Part shown: piece by piece, positions 32,141 through 40,540 of the stretch
Layout: every line of letters starts with the position of its first letter
Numbering within the stretch: the first letter of the stretch is position 1
From: Nocardioidaceae bacterium
GTDB lineage: Bacteria; Actinomycetota; Actinomycetes; Propionibacteriales; Nocardioidaceae
Length of the DNA stretch: 60,016 nucleotides
Assembly (NCBI GenBank): GCA_013696745.1
Contig: JACCXZ010000133.1
Span: 1 to 60,016, forward strand
Direction of reading: 5' to 3'
The notes under the pieces: generated by a model
The model's input: only the letters and a program-made list of their open reading frames with translations
What the model was told of the DNA's origin: nothing
Database searches by the model: none
Translations under genes and position numbers: made by a program

Positions 32141-33166
32141 GTGACAGCCAGCAGCGCGGACACGGGCTCGGTGGCACAGGAGGGCGGGGACTTCGCGACG
32201 CTCACTGACGTGGCGCAGCGCATCGCGCTCAACATCGGGGCAGTGATCGAGGGCAAGCCCGATGTGGTCCGTTCCATGATCACCGTGCTGCTGGCCGGGG
32301 GCCACCTGCTGATCGAGGACGTTCCCGGCGTCGGCAAGACCATGCTCAGCAAGGCCCTGGCGCGCTCGATCGACGGCAGCGTCCGCCGCATCCAGTTCAC
32401 TCCCGACCTGTTGCCCAGCGACGTGACCGGGGTCTCCATCTACAACCAGGAGACCCGGCAGTTCGAGTTCCGCCCCGGCGGCATCTTCGCCAACATCGTG
32501 GTGGGGGACGAGATCAACCGGGCGTCGCCCAAGACCCAGTCGGCCATGTTGGAGTGCATGGAGGAGCGACAGGTCACCATCGACGGGCACACATACCGGC
32601 TCGACGAGCCGTTCATGGTGATCGCCACTCAGAACCCGATTGAGATGGAAGGCACGTACCCGCTGCCGGAGGCTCAGCGGGACCGCTTCATGGCGCGGGT
32701 GTCGATGGGCTACCCGGTTGAGGCGGCCGAGCTCGCGATGCTGGACCACCACGCCGGCGCGGATCCGTTGGCGAACCTGGCCGCGGTGACCGACGCCTCC
32801 GAGGTCGCCAAGCTCATCGATGTGGTCCGGCAGGTGTTCGTCTCCCCCGCCGTGCGCCGCTACGCGGTCGACCTGGTCTCCGCCACTCGACGTACCCCGG
32901 ACCTGCGGCTCGGCGCATCCCCGCGCGCCACACTGCACCTCGTGCGGGCGGCCAAGGCGGCAGCAGCGCTCGACCGCCGCGAGTACGTGATCCCCGACGA
33001 CTTGCAACGGCTGGCACCTGCCGTTCTGGGTCATCGTCTGCTGCTGTCTGCCGACGCCGTCATCGGTGGGCGACGGGCTGAGCAGGTGCTGGCGGCAATC
33101 GTGGCGTCGGTCCCGGTACCGCACGCCGGCCACCCCACCTCGAGTGGTCCGCGCGGGCAGGGCTGA
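32141..33166 (+). CDS. MoxR-family AAA+ ATPase
   Basis: 341 aa with Walker A (EDVPGVGKT) and the typical ATQNPIEMEGTYPLPEAQRDRF motif. GTG start. Confidence 0.93.
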   Translation: MTASSADTGSVAQEGGDFATLTDVAQRIALNIGAVIEGKPDVVRSMITVLLAGGHLLIEDVPGVGKTMLSKALARSIDGSVRRIQFTPDLLPSDVTGVSIYNQETRQFEFRPGGIFANIVVGDEINRASPKTQSAMLECMEERQVTIDGHTYRLDEPFMVIATQNPIEMEGTYPLPEAQRDRFMARVSMGYPVEAAELAMLDHHAGADPLANLAAVTDASEVAKLIDVVRQVFVSPAVRRYAVDLVSATRRTPDLRLGASPRATLHLVRAAKAAAALDRREYVIPDDLQRLAPAVLGHRLLLSADAVIGGRRAEQVLAAIVASVPVPHAGHPTSSGPRGQG

Positions 33167-33169
33167 ACG

Positions 33170-34447
33170 GTGCGTGAGGCGCTGTCGGCGCTGACGACCC
33201 GGGGACGAGCCTTTCTGGCCGCCGGTTTCACGGTCACGCTGTGCGCCCTGGTTCTCGGCTTCGACGCCCTCCTGCGCGTGGGCTTGCTGGCGGTCGCCCT
33301 GCCACTGCTCGCCGCCTTCGTCGTCGGTCGGGCGCGGTACCGCCTCTCCGCACAGCGCACGGTGTCACCGCAGCGCGTGTCACCCGGACAGCCGGCGACA
33401 GTGTCACTCTCGATGGCCAACGAGGGCGCGATGCCCATGAGCCTGCTGCTGCTCGAGGATCACGTCCCGTACGCGCTCGGCACCCGCGCCAGGTTCATGC
33501 TCGACCGGGTCGGACCGCGCTGGCGCCAACAGGTCAACTACCCGATCTGCTCCGAAGTCCGGGGCCGCTTTCAGATCGGCCCACTGTCGATCCGGGTCTC
33601 CGACCCGTTCGGTTTCATCGAGCTGGTCCGCTACTTCCGGGAGACCAGTGACCTGGTGGTGGTTCCGGTGGTGCACGCACTGGACCGCATCGCGTTGGAG
33701 GCGGCATGGACCGCGCAGGGCGAGAACCGTCCCCGTGCCTTCGCGGTCGGCAGCGCCGAGGACGTCATGACACGGGAGTACCGCCGCGGCGACGACCTGC
33801 GGCGGGTGCATTGGCGCAGCACCGCCCGGGTGGGTGAGCTCATGGTCCGGCGTGAGGAGCAGCCGTGGCAGAGTCGCGCGACGATCGTGCTCGACTCGCG
33901 CCGCATCGCGCACCGTGGCAGTGGCGCCGCATCGTCCCTCGAGTGGCTGGTCGCGGCAGCCGCGTCGATCGCGGTGCACCTCAGCCGGTCCGGCTACTCG
34001 GTCCGTCTGGTCACCGACCGACCCGACCCCGAGGCGAACGCCTGGCACGACCGGCTGGCCGATCCCCAGGTGCAGGCCGGACCCATCCTCGACGAGCTCG
34101 CGGTCATGTCGGTCTCCGAACGCCAGGGCATGCACTACGCCGTCGACGCGGTGGCCGGGTCGGCCGGCCTGGTCATCGGCCTGTTCGGCGCCCTCCAGGG
34201 CAGCGACGTGGCCGACCTGGCACGCATGCGCGCCCATGGCTCCTCCGTCCTGGCGATGATCCTGGACACCAGCGCCTGGGACGATGACGACTCCAGCAAG
34301 GCGTCCCCGGCGGCTCGGATGGTCGGGGCGCTGGGCCAGCACGGGTGGAACGCCGTGGTGGCCGATCCGTACGAGTCGCCGGCCGCCACCTGGACGCGCC
34401 TGGGCGCAGTTGCCCGGCACGGAGCACGAACGGGGCGGTCGGCATGA
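33170..34447 (+). CDS. DUF58-domain protein (MoxR partner)
   Basis: 425 aa with two N-terminal TM segments and the REYRRGDDLRRVHWRSTAR signature. Confidence 0.88.
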   Translation: MREALSALTTRGRAFLAAGFTVTLCALVLGFDALLRVGLLAVALPLLAAFVVGRARYRLSAQRTVSPQRVSPGQPATVSLSMANEGAMPMSLLLLEDHVPYALGTRARFMLDRVGPRWRQQVNYPICSEVRGRFQIGPLSIRVSDPFGFIELVRYFRETSDLVVVPVVHALDRIALEAAWTAQGENRPRAFAVGSAEDVMTREYRRGDDLRRVHWRSTARVGELMVRREEQPWQSRATIVLDSRRIAHRGSGAASSLEWLVAAAASIAVHLSRSGYSVRLVTDRPDPEANAWHDRLADPQVQAGPILDELAVMSVSERQGMHYAVDAVAGSAGLVIGLFGALQGSDVADLARMRAHGSSVLAMILDTSAWDDDDSSKASPAARMVGALGQHGWNAVVADPYESPAATWTRLGAVARHGARTGRSA

Positions 34448-36816
34448 GCTCGGGAGCGTTGACCCACCAGCTACGGCTGTCCGGGTGGGCGTTGCTCGCG
34501 ACCCTGGGAACCTGCCTGGCCCTCGGCCCACTCTTCGAGGACCGCCGCTACCTGGTGCATGCCGGCGGGCTGCTCCTGCTCGCGATCCTGACCGGTGCCA
34601 CGCTGCGTGCGCTGAATGCCAACCGACTCCTGGTCTTCGTCGCGCAGGTCGCCGTTGCCGCAGAGATCGCGGTACTCGCCTACACCGAGTCCCTGCTGCC
34701 CACTCCCACCGCCGTCGCAGAGATTCGCGACGGGTACGTCCGGTTCGCGGAGAACGCCCAGATGTACACCGCTCCGATGCCCACCGACGCGTCCACCACC
34801 ATGTCGTTGGCACTCATCATCGTGGCTATCGGCCTGGTCGTCGACCTGATCGGCGTGACGTACCGCAGGGTGCCGCTGCTCGGGCTGGTCTTCCTACTCG
34901 TCTACATGGTCCCGGTGGCCCAGCTCGCCGGTGATGTCTCCGTCTTCTCGTTCGTCCCCGGCGCAACCGCGTTCGTGTTCCTGCTCGCCGCCGACGAACG
35001 TGAACGGTTGACCCACTGGGGACGCCAGATCGCGATGTCTGGTCAGGTCTGGACACAGGCCTACTCCGCTGTCGACGACAGCGGACTGCGCCAGTCGCGG
35101 TACCGGATCGGTTTCGGCGCCGTGGCGCTGGCGTCCCTGCTGCCGTTCGTTGTGCCCTCCATCGATCCGCAGATCCTCTTCGACGGCGGGAGCGGCGGTC
35201 AGCTCGACGGGAACGATGGTGGTCTCGACGTGGAGAACCCTGTGCTCGACATGCGTCGCAACCTGTCCTCCCAGACCGACGAGGTGCTGCTGCGGATCCA
35301 GACCGACGACCCGGAACCCGGCTACCTCCGACTTGCGGCGCTGGATCGGTTCACCGGCGACGAGTGGTCAGTGGGATCGCGGACGACCGCCAACGCCGTG
35401 GACACCGGCGGCGCCCTACCCGGCGCACCCGGTCGGGTCGCGTCCGTGCTCAATGTCGGGCGCGACTACGAGGTGCAGGTGACCGACGCGCTGCGCTCGG
35501 ACTGGCTACCGGTCGTCTACTCCCCGTCCAGGGTCGAGGTCGACGGCGACTGGTTGGTCGACGAGACGCACTTCGACATCCGGGGGGACGACGGGCAGGA
35601 CGACTCCTCCGGCCTGCGGTACTCGTTCCGCTCCACCGTCGCGGACCCCACCCAGGACCAGCTGCAGTTCGCCCCGGACCCGCCGTCGTCCGTGGCGCAG
35701 TTCACGACGCTGCCCAGCGGCTTCTCACCGGAGATCCGCGAGCTGACCGAGCAGGTGACCGGGAACGCGACGAACGGCTTCAGCAAGGCACTGGCGCTGC
35801 AGCAGTACTTCCGGGATCCAGCGAACTTCGAGTACGACCTGGCGCAGGCCGATGATGGCGAGAACGGCGAGGAGGCCATCGAGGACTTCCTCCTCAACAC
35901 GCAGGTCGGCTACTGCGAGCAGTTCGCCAGTGCCATGGCGGTGATGGCGCGGGTCGAGGGCATACCGTCCCGGGTGGCCATCGGCTTCCTGCGGCCCAGC
36001 GAGTCGCCGGACGGGTGGCAGGAGTTCCGGGGCGAGGACATGCATGCATGGCCGGAGCTGTACTTCGAGGGAGTCGGCTGGGTGCGCTTCGAGCCGACCC
36101 CGGCCTCGCAGGGCGCCGCCGCCCCGAACTTCGACGCCGGACGCGCCGACGACCCGAGCGCGACGCCCACCGAGAGTCTGGACCCGAACGACACCCAGAC
36201 CACCCGGGTCCAGCAGGACCCGTTCCAGCCGAACCGGGACGACGACCCAGCGGCCGGCGGCGACGCCGACGCAGGGGTCTGGGGGGTGCTCCGCATCATT
36301 CTCGTGGGGTTCGTGCTGCTCGGCGCGCTGGCCGTTCTCCCGCGGACGCTGCGCGAGTCGCGCCGGCGGCGACGCTGGAGCAGCGCGACTACTCCAGCGG
36401 GGGCGGCGGAGGCTGCCTGGAGCGAGTTGCGTGACAGCATGGTCGATCTGCGACTGCCCTGGGACGACCGGGATACCGCTCGACACCTCGGCCGCTCCCT
36501 ACGCGTACGCATCGACGAGCGTCGGCGTGCTCCGGTGCTCACCGGGCCCACCACCGAGCAGGCGGTGCAGGCGCTCAACACCCTGGTGGTGGCCGTCGAG
36601 CAGAGCCGGTACGCGCGCACACCGACAGCCGTCCCGGGTCTGCAGGAAGCTCAGCGAACGGTGGTGGAGGCGATCACCGACACTCAGCCACTTTCGGTCC
36701 GGCGCCGCGGCATCTGGTTGCCTCGGTCAGTGCTGCGACGACCCGGTACCGACCGTTCGCACTCGCGTGCGCGTGGTCAGGTTGCTGGCGAAGCGGTGCT
36801 CTTGCTTCGGGACTGA
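34444..36816 (+). CDS. Transglutaminase-like membrane protein (TgpA-like)
   Basis: The ATG at 34444 overlaps the DUF58 stop (ATGA). Multiple TM segments, then the transglutaminase core GYCEQFASAMAVMARVEGIPSRVAIGF. Confidence 0.88.
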   Translation: MSSGALTHQLRLSGWALLATLGTCLALGPLFEDRRYLVHAGGLLLLAILTGATLRALNANRLLVFVAQVAVAAEIAVLAYTESLLPTPTAVAEIRDGYVRFAENAQMYTAPMPTDASTTMSLALIIVAIGLVVDLIGVTYRRVPLLGLVFLLVYMVPVAQLAGDVSVFSFVPGATAFVFLLAADERERLTHWGRQIAMSGQVWTQAYSAVDDSGLRQSRYRIGFGAVALASLLPFVVPSIDPQILFDGGSGGQLDGNDGGLDVENPVLDMRRNLSSQTDEVLLRIQTDDPEPGYLRLAALDRFTGDEWSVGSRTTANAVDTGGALPGAPGRVASVLNVGRDYEVQVTDALRSDWLPVVYSPSRVEVDGDWLVDETHFDIRGDDGQDDSSGLRYSFRSTVADPTQDQLQFAPDPPSSVAQFTTLPSGFSPEIRELTEQVTGNATNGFSKALALQQYFRDPANFEYDLAQADDGENGEEAIEDFLLNTQVGYCEQFASAMAVMARVEGIPSRVAIGFLRPSESPDGWQEFRGEDMHAWPELYFEGVGWVRFEPTPASQGAAAPNFDAGRADDPSATPTESLDPNDTQTTRVQQDPFQPNRDDDPAAGGDADAGVWGVLRIILVGFVLLGALAVLPRTLRESRRRRRWSSATTPAGAAEAAWSELRDSMVDLRLPWDDRDTARHLGRSLRVRIDERRRAPVLTGPTTEQAVQALNTLVVAVEQSRYARTPTAVPGLQEAQRTVVEAITDTQPLSVRRRGIWLPRSVLRRPGTDRSHSRARGQVAGEAVLLLRD

Positions 36817-36907
36817 GCGGCTGCTCCGGGACTGAGCGGCGAGGGCGGCGCACGAGGTACGAGTGGGCAAGCCCGAGTGCGACATCCGGGACTGAGCGGC
36901 GAGGGCG
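36807..36907. repeat. Direct repeats of (T)CCGGGACTGAGCGGC(GAGGGCG) spanning the TgpA stop and ending at the DUF3040 gene stop
   Basis: Copies lie at 36807..36821 (partial), 36825..36847 and 36885..36907. The two 23-nt copies are identical and exactly 60 nt apart. Confidence 0.85.
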
Positions 36908-36908
36908 C

Positions 36909-37316
36909 TCAGTACTCCTCGCCGTCATCTCGACGGCGGCGCCAGCGTTCCTCCATGCGATCCATGAAGGAGCCGGTCGTCTCCTTACCGGCTTGCGGCG
37001 CATCCGGGGCGGTGGATCCTGCGACGTCCTCGGAGGAAGCCCCCTGCTGCACGCGGCGCCAGGCGACGGCGAACAGGTAGGCGCCGCCCAGCATGGTGAG
37101 GAAGCCGACCACCGCGATGATCGTGTTGGTCTGGATGGCCCCGACCATCAGCACCGCGACGCCGAGAATGAAGGTGCCGGCACCGGCGAGGGCATGGCGA
37201 CGGTTACGAGCCGCACTGGCTGATCCGCGCAGTGTCGAGGCGAACTTGGGATCATCGGCTGCGAGCGCCTGCTCCATCTGCTCGAGCAGCCGCTGCTCCT
37301 CTTCCGAGAGCGGCAC
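36909..37316 (-). CDS. DUF3040-family membrane protein
   Basis: Starts MPLSEEEQRLLEQMEQALAADDPKFASTLRG and has two TM segments. Confidence 0.85.
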   Translation of the reverse strand: MPLSEEEQRLLEQMEQALAADDPKFASTLRGSASAARNRRHALAGAGTFILGVAVLMVGAIQTNTIIAVVGFLTMLGGAYLFAVAWRRVQQGASSEDVAGSTAPDAPQAGKETTGSFMDRMEERWRRRRDDGEEY

Positions 37317-37627
37317 CTACATCCTCCTGCGTCGAGTGACGGGCACGATGGTGTGTCCGCATCTGCTCTCAGTCTAGGCAGCCTCGGGCCATGCCGAAAC
37401 CCGGAGGGACGAATCGGTGGACCGGTTCACGTCGGCGTGGCGGGAATGCAACCGTGAGCGGGCGTTTCGCGTCTGGAGGGAGTCAGCCCGGCTGCAACCG
37501 GCGTGCCCGTGTGGACCAGCCGGACGGTTAGGATGTGCCGTCCCGGCGCCTGGACCCGAGGGGTACCTCGAACACGTCGACCACGTGACCACGTGACCAC
37601 CGAGGTCACCCGTTCCTGGAGGAAGCC

Positions 37628-38431
37628 ATGAAGCGAGTTGCCACAGTCGCCGCCACGATTGCCTTGGCGGGCGGACTCGTCCTGTCCCTGCTGCCGGCGG
37701 CCGGTGCCTCCTCCGGACCGTCGATCAGCACGAGCGCGCCGGTGGCATCGTCGTCCAACGCGTCGGTCGACGAGCGTCTGGCCTACAAGCCCCGTCAGCG
37801 CTTCGCCCGGGAGTTCGTCCGACGCGGAGACGTCGACAGCTCACCGTCGAACATCAAGCACGTACGTGAGCTGCAGTACCGGCTCACCTGGGCCGGTGCG
37901 TACAACGGTCCCATCACCGGACGGTTCGACAGCCGCCTGAGCGGTGCAGTCAAGCGGTTCCAGAAGCGCAGCAAGCTGCGCGTCACCGGCGTCGCGAACG
38001 TCCACACCTGGAAGAAGTTGATCCCGAAGACGGTACGCGGCAGGAAGGCCGTTCCGCAGGGGTGCAAGGTGCGCACCGGCTGGCACGCCTGCTACGACCG
38101 CTCCAGGCACCAGGTCACGCTGTGGAAGAGGGGCAAGTTGTGGAACTCCTGGTTGGTGCGTGGCGGCTCGTCCAGCACTCAGACCCGCGTGGGGCGCTCC
38201 GAGGTGTACTTCCGCAACAAGGACCACGTGAGCTCGCTCTTCGGGTCACCGATGCCGTACTCGCAGTTCTTCGACGGCGGTCAGGCCTTCCACGGGTCGA
38301 CGCTGATGATGAATCCGTTCGTGGGGCACAGCCATGGGTGCGTGAACATGTACATCAAGGATGCGCGGCAGCTGTGGCAGCTGACCGCGCACCGTGAGCT
38401 GAAGGTGCGCGTCTACGGGGCGTGGTCCTGA
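37628..38431 (+). CDS. L,D-transpeptidase with peptidoglycan-binding domain
   Basis: Signal peptide, a PG_binding_1-like repeat (LQYRLTWAGAYNGPITGRFDSRLSGAVKRFQ) and the YkuD catalytic motif HGSTLMMNPFVGHSHGCVNM. Confidence 0.88.
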   Translation: MKRVATVAATIALAGGLVLSLLPAAGASSGPSISTSAPVASSSNASVDERLAYKPRQRFAREFVRRGDVDSSPSNIKHVRELQYRLTWAGAYNGPITGRFDSRLSGAVKRFQKRSKLRVTGVANVHTWKKLIPKTVRGRKAVPQGCKVRTGWHACYDRSRHQVTLWKRGKLWNSWLVRGGSSSTQTRVGRSEVYFRNKDHVSSLFGSPMPYSQFFDGGQAFHGSTLMMNPFVGHSHGCVNMYIKDARQLWQLTAHRELKVRVYGAWS

Positions 38432-39696
38432 CCGGCGGGGTCATGCATCGGGTGTGACACAGCGGCATCCGGGTCCGGGTGCCGCTGCTGTCGGGTCCGG
38501 AGCAGGGTCGCCGGCTGCACGGCGCTGCGACCCCATCGACGTCCGGCGGCGTCCACGGCGCGCTCGGCGTCGGACCATCCGTGGGGGCGCTGGCCCAGCA
38601 TCAGCTGGCGCGGGGTGGAGGCTGCCGCCGCCAGCCCGCTCACCCGCACCCCGACCAGTCTGATGCGGGCGCGTTGCAGTCCCAGCGCGGCGAACAGGTC
38701 GGCTGCCTGGGCGTGGACCTCGATGGCGACATCGGTGGGGTCGCGCAGCGTACGTGACCGGGTGATGGTCGTGAAGTCGCTGAATCGGACCCGGAGCGTG
38801 ACGGTGCGACCGACGACCTCGGCGGCCCGCATCCGCGAGGTGACCTTCGTCGAGGAGCGCAGCAGCTCCCGCAGCACCACCTCGGGATCGTCGGTGTCTC
38901 GGTCGAAGGTCGTGTCGGACCCGATGCTGCGCTCCGGCTCCTCGACACCCCGCCGGGCCACCACGGTGGTGCGGCCACCGCCCCACGACAGGTCGTGCAG
39001 CTGGGCACCGGTGGCGGCGCCGAGCGCCCGGACGAGGACATCCACCGAGGTGTGGGCGATGTCGCCGATCGTGCACAGGCCCAGCCGTCGCAGTGTCGTG
39101 GCGGTGCTCTCCCCCACCCCCCACAGCTCCTCGACGTCCAAGGGGTGCAGGAAGGCTGTGGCTTGCTCCGGGGTCACGACCACGAGCCCGTCCGGCTTGG
39201 CCCGCCGCGAGGCCAGCTTGGCGAGGTGCGTCGTGGAGGCGATCCCTACCGAGCAGGTGATCCGCTGCTCGTCGGCGATGCGGGCCCGCAGCTGCTCGGC
39301 GACCTGGCGGGAGCCACCGAGCCGTCGCGCCGACCCGGAGATGTCGAGGAACGCCTCGTCCAACGACATCACCTCCACCATCGGGGTGATGTCACGGAAG
39401 GTCTCCATCACTGCGATGGACACCGCCGCGAAGCTCTCGAAGTCAGGAGAGATGACGGTCGCGGCCGGGCAGAGCCGTCGGGCTCGCATCGTCGGCATCG
39501 CCGAGCGCACCCCGAAGACACGCGCCTCGTAGCTCGCGGAGAGCACCACCCCCCGATGTCCACCGCCGACGATCACCGGGGTGCCCTGCAGGTCGGGTCG
39601 GTCCCGCGTCATCACCGAGGCATAGAACGCATCCATGTCGACATGCAGGATCGTGCAGTCACCGGGCCGCCAGCCGCGGCATGTCGGTGACCTCAT
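38413..39696 (-). CDS. dinB: Y-family DNA polymerase IV
   Basis: 427 aa with catalytic motifs ILHVDMDAFYASV and SLDEAFLDISG intact, plus little-finger region homology. Confidence 0.92.
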   Translation of the reverse strand: MRSPTCRGWRPGDCTILHVDMDAFYASVMTRDRPDLQGTPVIVGGGHRGVVLSASYEARVFGVRSAMPTMRARRLCPAATVISPDFESFAAVSIAVMETFRDITPMVEVMSLDEAFLDISGSARRLGGSRQVAEQLRARIADEQRITCSVGIASTTHLAKLASRRAKPDGLVVVTPEQATAFLHPLDVEELWGVGESTATTLRRLGLCTIGDIAHTSVDVLVRALGAATGAQLHDLSWGGGRTTVVARRGVEEPERSIGSDTTFDRDTDDPEVVLRELLRSSTKVTSRMRAAEVVGRTVTLRVRFSDFTTITRSRTLRDPTDVAIEVHAQAADLFAALGLQRARIRLVGVRVSGLAAAASTPRQLMLGQRPHGWSDAERAVDAAGRRWGRSAVQPATLLRTRQQRHPDPDAAVSHPMHDPAGQDHAP

Positions 39697-39726
39697 CGTG
39701 ACACCGTCCCGCCGGACGACGACAGG

Positions 39727-40536
39727 TCAGTTGCGGCGGCGGGAGACCACCATGAGCTGACCGGCGACGGCGGTGAGCTCAGGGATCTGCGCAACGGCAC
39801 GCTCGAGCTCGACGAGGGCGGTCTGGGCACCGGGCTCGGTGTCGACGACCGAGCTAGGGACGAGGTCGGCGAACACTCGGAGGCCGTGGACCGACTCGGC
39901 GGTGAAGCCGTGCGTCGCCAGCAGGTCGAGGATCTCCCCGCGGGTGTAGCGGCGGGGACTTCGCGCCTGCGCGTCGCCGGTCGGTGCCTCGAGCAGCGTC
40001 CGGGCGGCCGCGAGGTGTCCGGCCAGGGCACGTCCCAGTACGGCGGCGTACCGTCCGGCAACGACGACCGAGAGGACGCCGTCGCTCCGGAGCGCGTCAC
40101 CGATCGCCTCCAGAGCCTGCCCGGGGTCGTCCACCACCTCGAGGACCCCGTGGCAGAGCATGACGTCGACCGAACCGGGCGCCACGTGGTCACCGAGGTC
40201 GATGGTGTCGCCCTGGACACCGACGACCCGATCGGCCACGTTGTTCTCGTCGGCGCGCCGATGCATCGAGGCCAGGGCGTCAGGGTTGGGGTCGATGACG
40301 GTGACGTGGTGACCGAGCTCGGCTGCACGCACAGCCAGCCCGCCGGTGCCGCCACCGAGGTCGACGACCTGACGGGGACCGCTGCCCTCGTCGGCGCTGC
40401 CGAGCAGGTCTCGCACCCGCTCCCAGAGCACGGCGTTGCGGGCGATCCCGTGAGCCACACTGCGCTGGGGCCCGCCGGGGCGCGGTTGATGGACCACCGG
40501 GAGACTCCTCGACGACGCGATGACAGGTCGCCCCAC
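39727..40536 (-). CDS. Class I SAM-dependent methyltransferase
   Basis: 269 aa with motif I VVDLGGGTGGLA and a post-I acidic residue (VIDPN). The start is 4 nt after the dnaE2 stop. Confidence 0.85.
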   Translation of the reverse strand: MGRPVIASSRSLPVVHQPRPGGPQRSVAHGIARNAVLWERVRDLLGSADEGSGPRQVVDLGGGTGGLAVRAAELGHHVTVIDPNPDALASMHRRADENNVADRVVGVQGDTIDLGDHVAPGSVDVMLCHGVLEVVDDPGQALEAIGDALRSDGVLSVVVAGRYAAVLGRALAGHLAAARTLLEAPTGDAQARSPRRYTRGEILDLLATHGFTAESVHGLRVFADLVPSSVVDTEPGAQTALVELERAVAQIPELTAVAGQLMVVSRRRN

Positions 40537-40540
40537 CCTC

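Noticed and set aside
31973-33133. 386-aa minus-strand ORF
   Set aside because: It is antisense to the MoxR ATPase gene and is a shadow ORF.
37380-37627. Possible cyclic-di-AMP (ydaO-type) riboswitch upstream of the L,D-transpeptidase gene
   Set aside because: A few short similarities (GACGAAUC, GUCAGC..AACC) exist. I could not align the conserved ydaO cores (GGGGUGAAUCC, CCCGAAxCCGxCAGCUAACCUCGUAAGC) or its pseudo-symmetric helices, so a covariance-model search would be needed before any claim.
38413-39696. Idea that the Y-family gene is the catalytically dead ImuB partner of DnaE2
   Set aside because: The catalytic DMDAFYASV and SLDEAFLD motifs are intact, so it reads as an active DinB-type polymerase. 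No ImuA'/ImuB-like genes are visible in the window.
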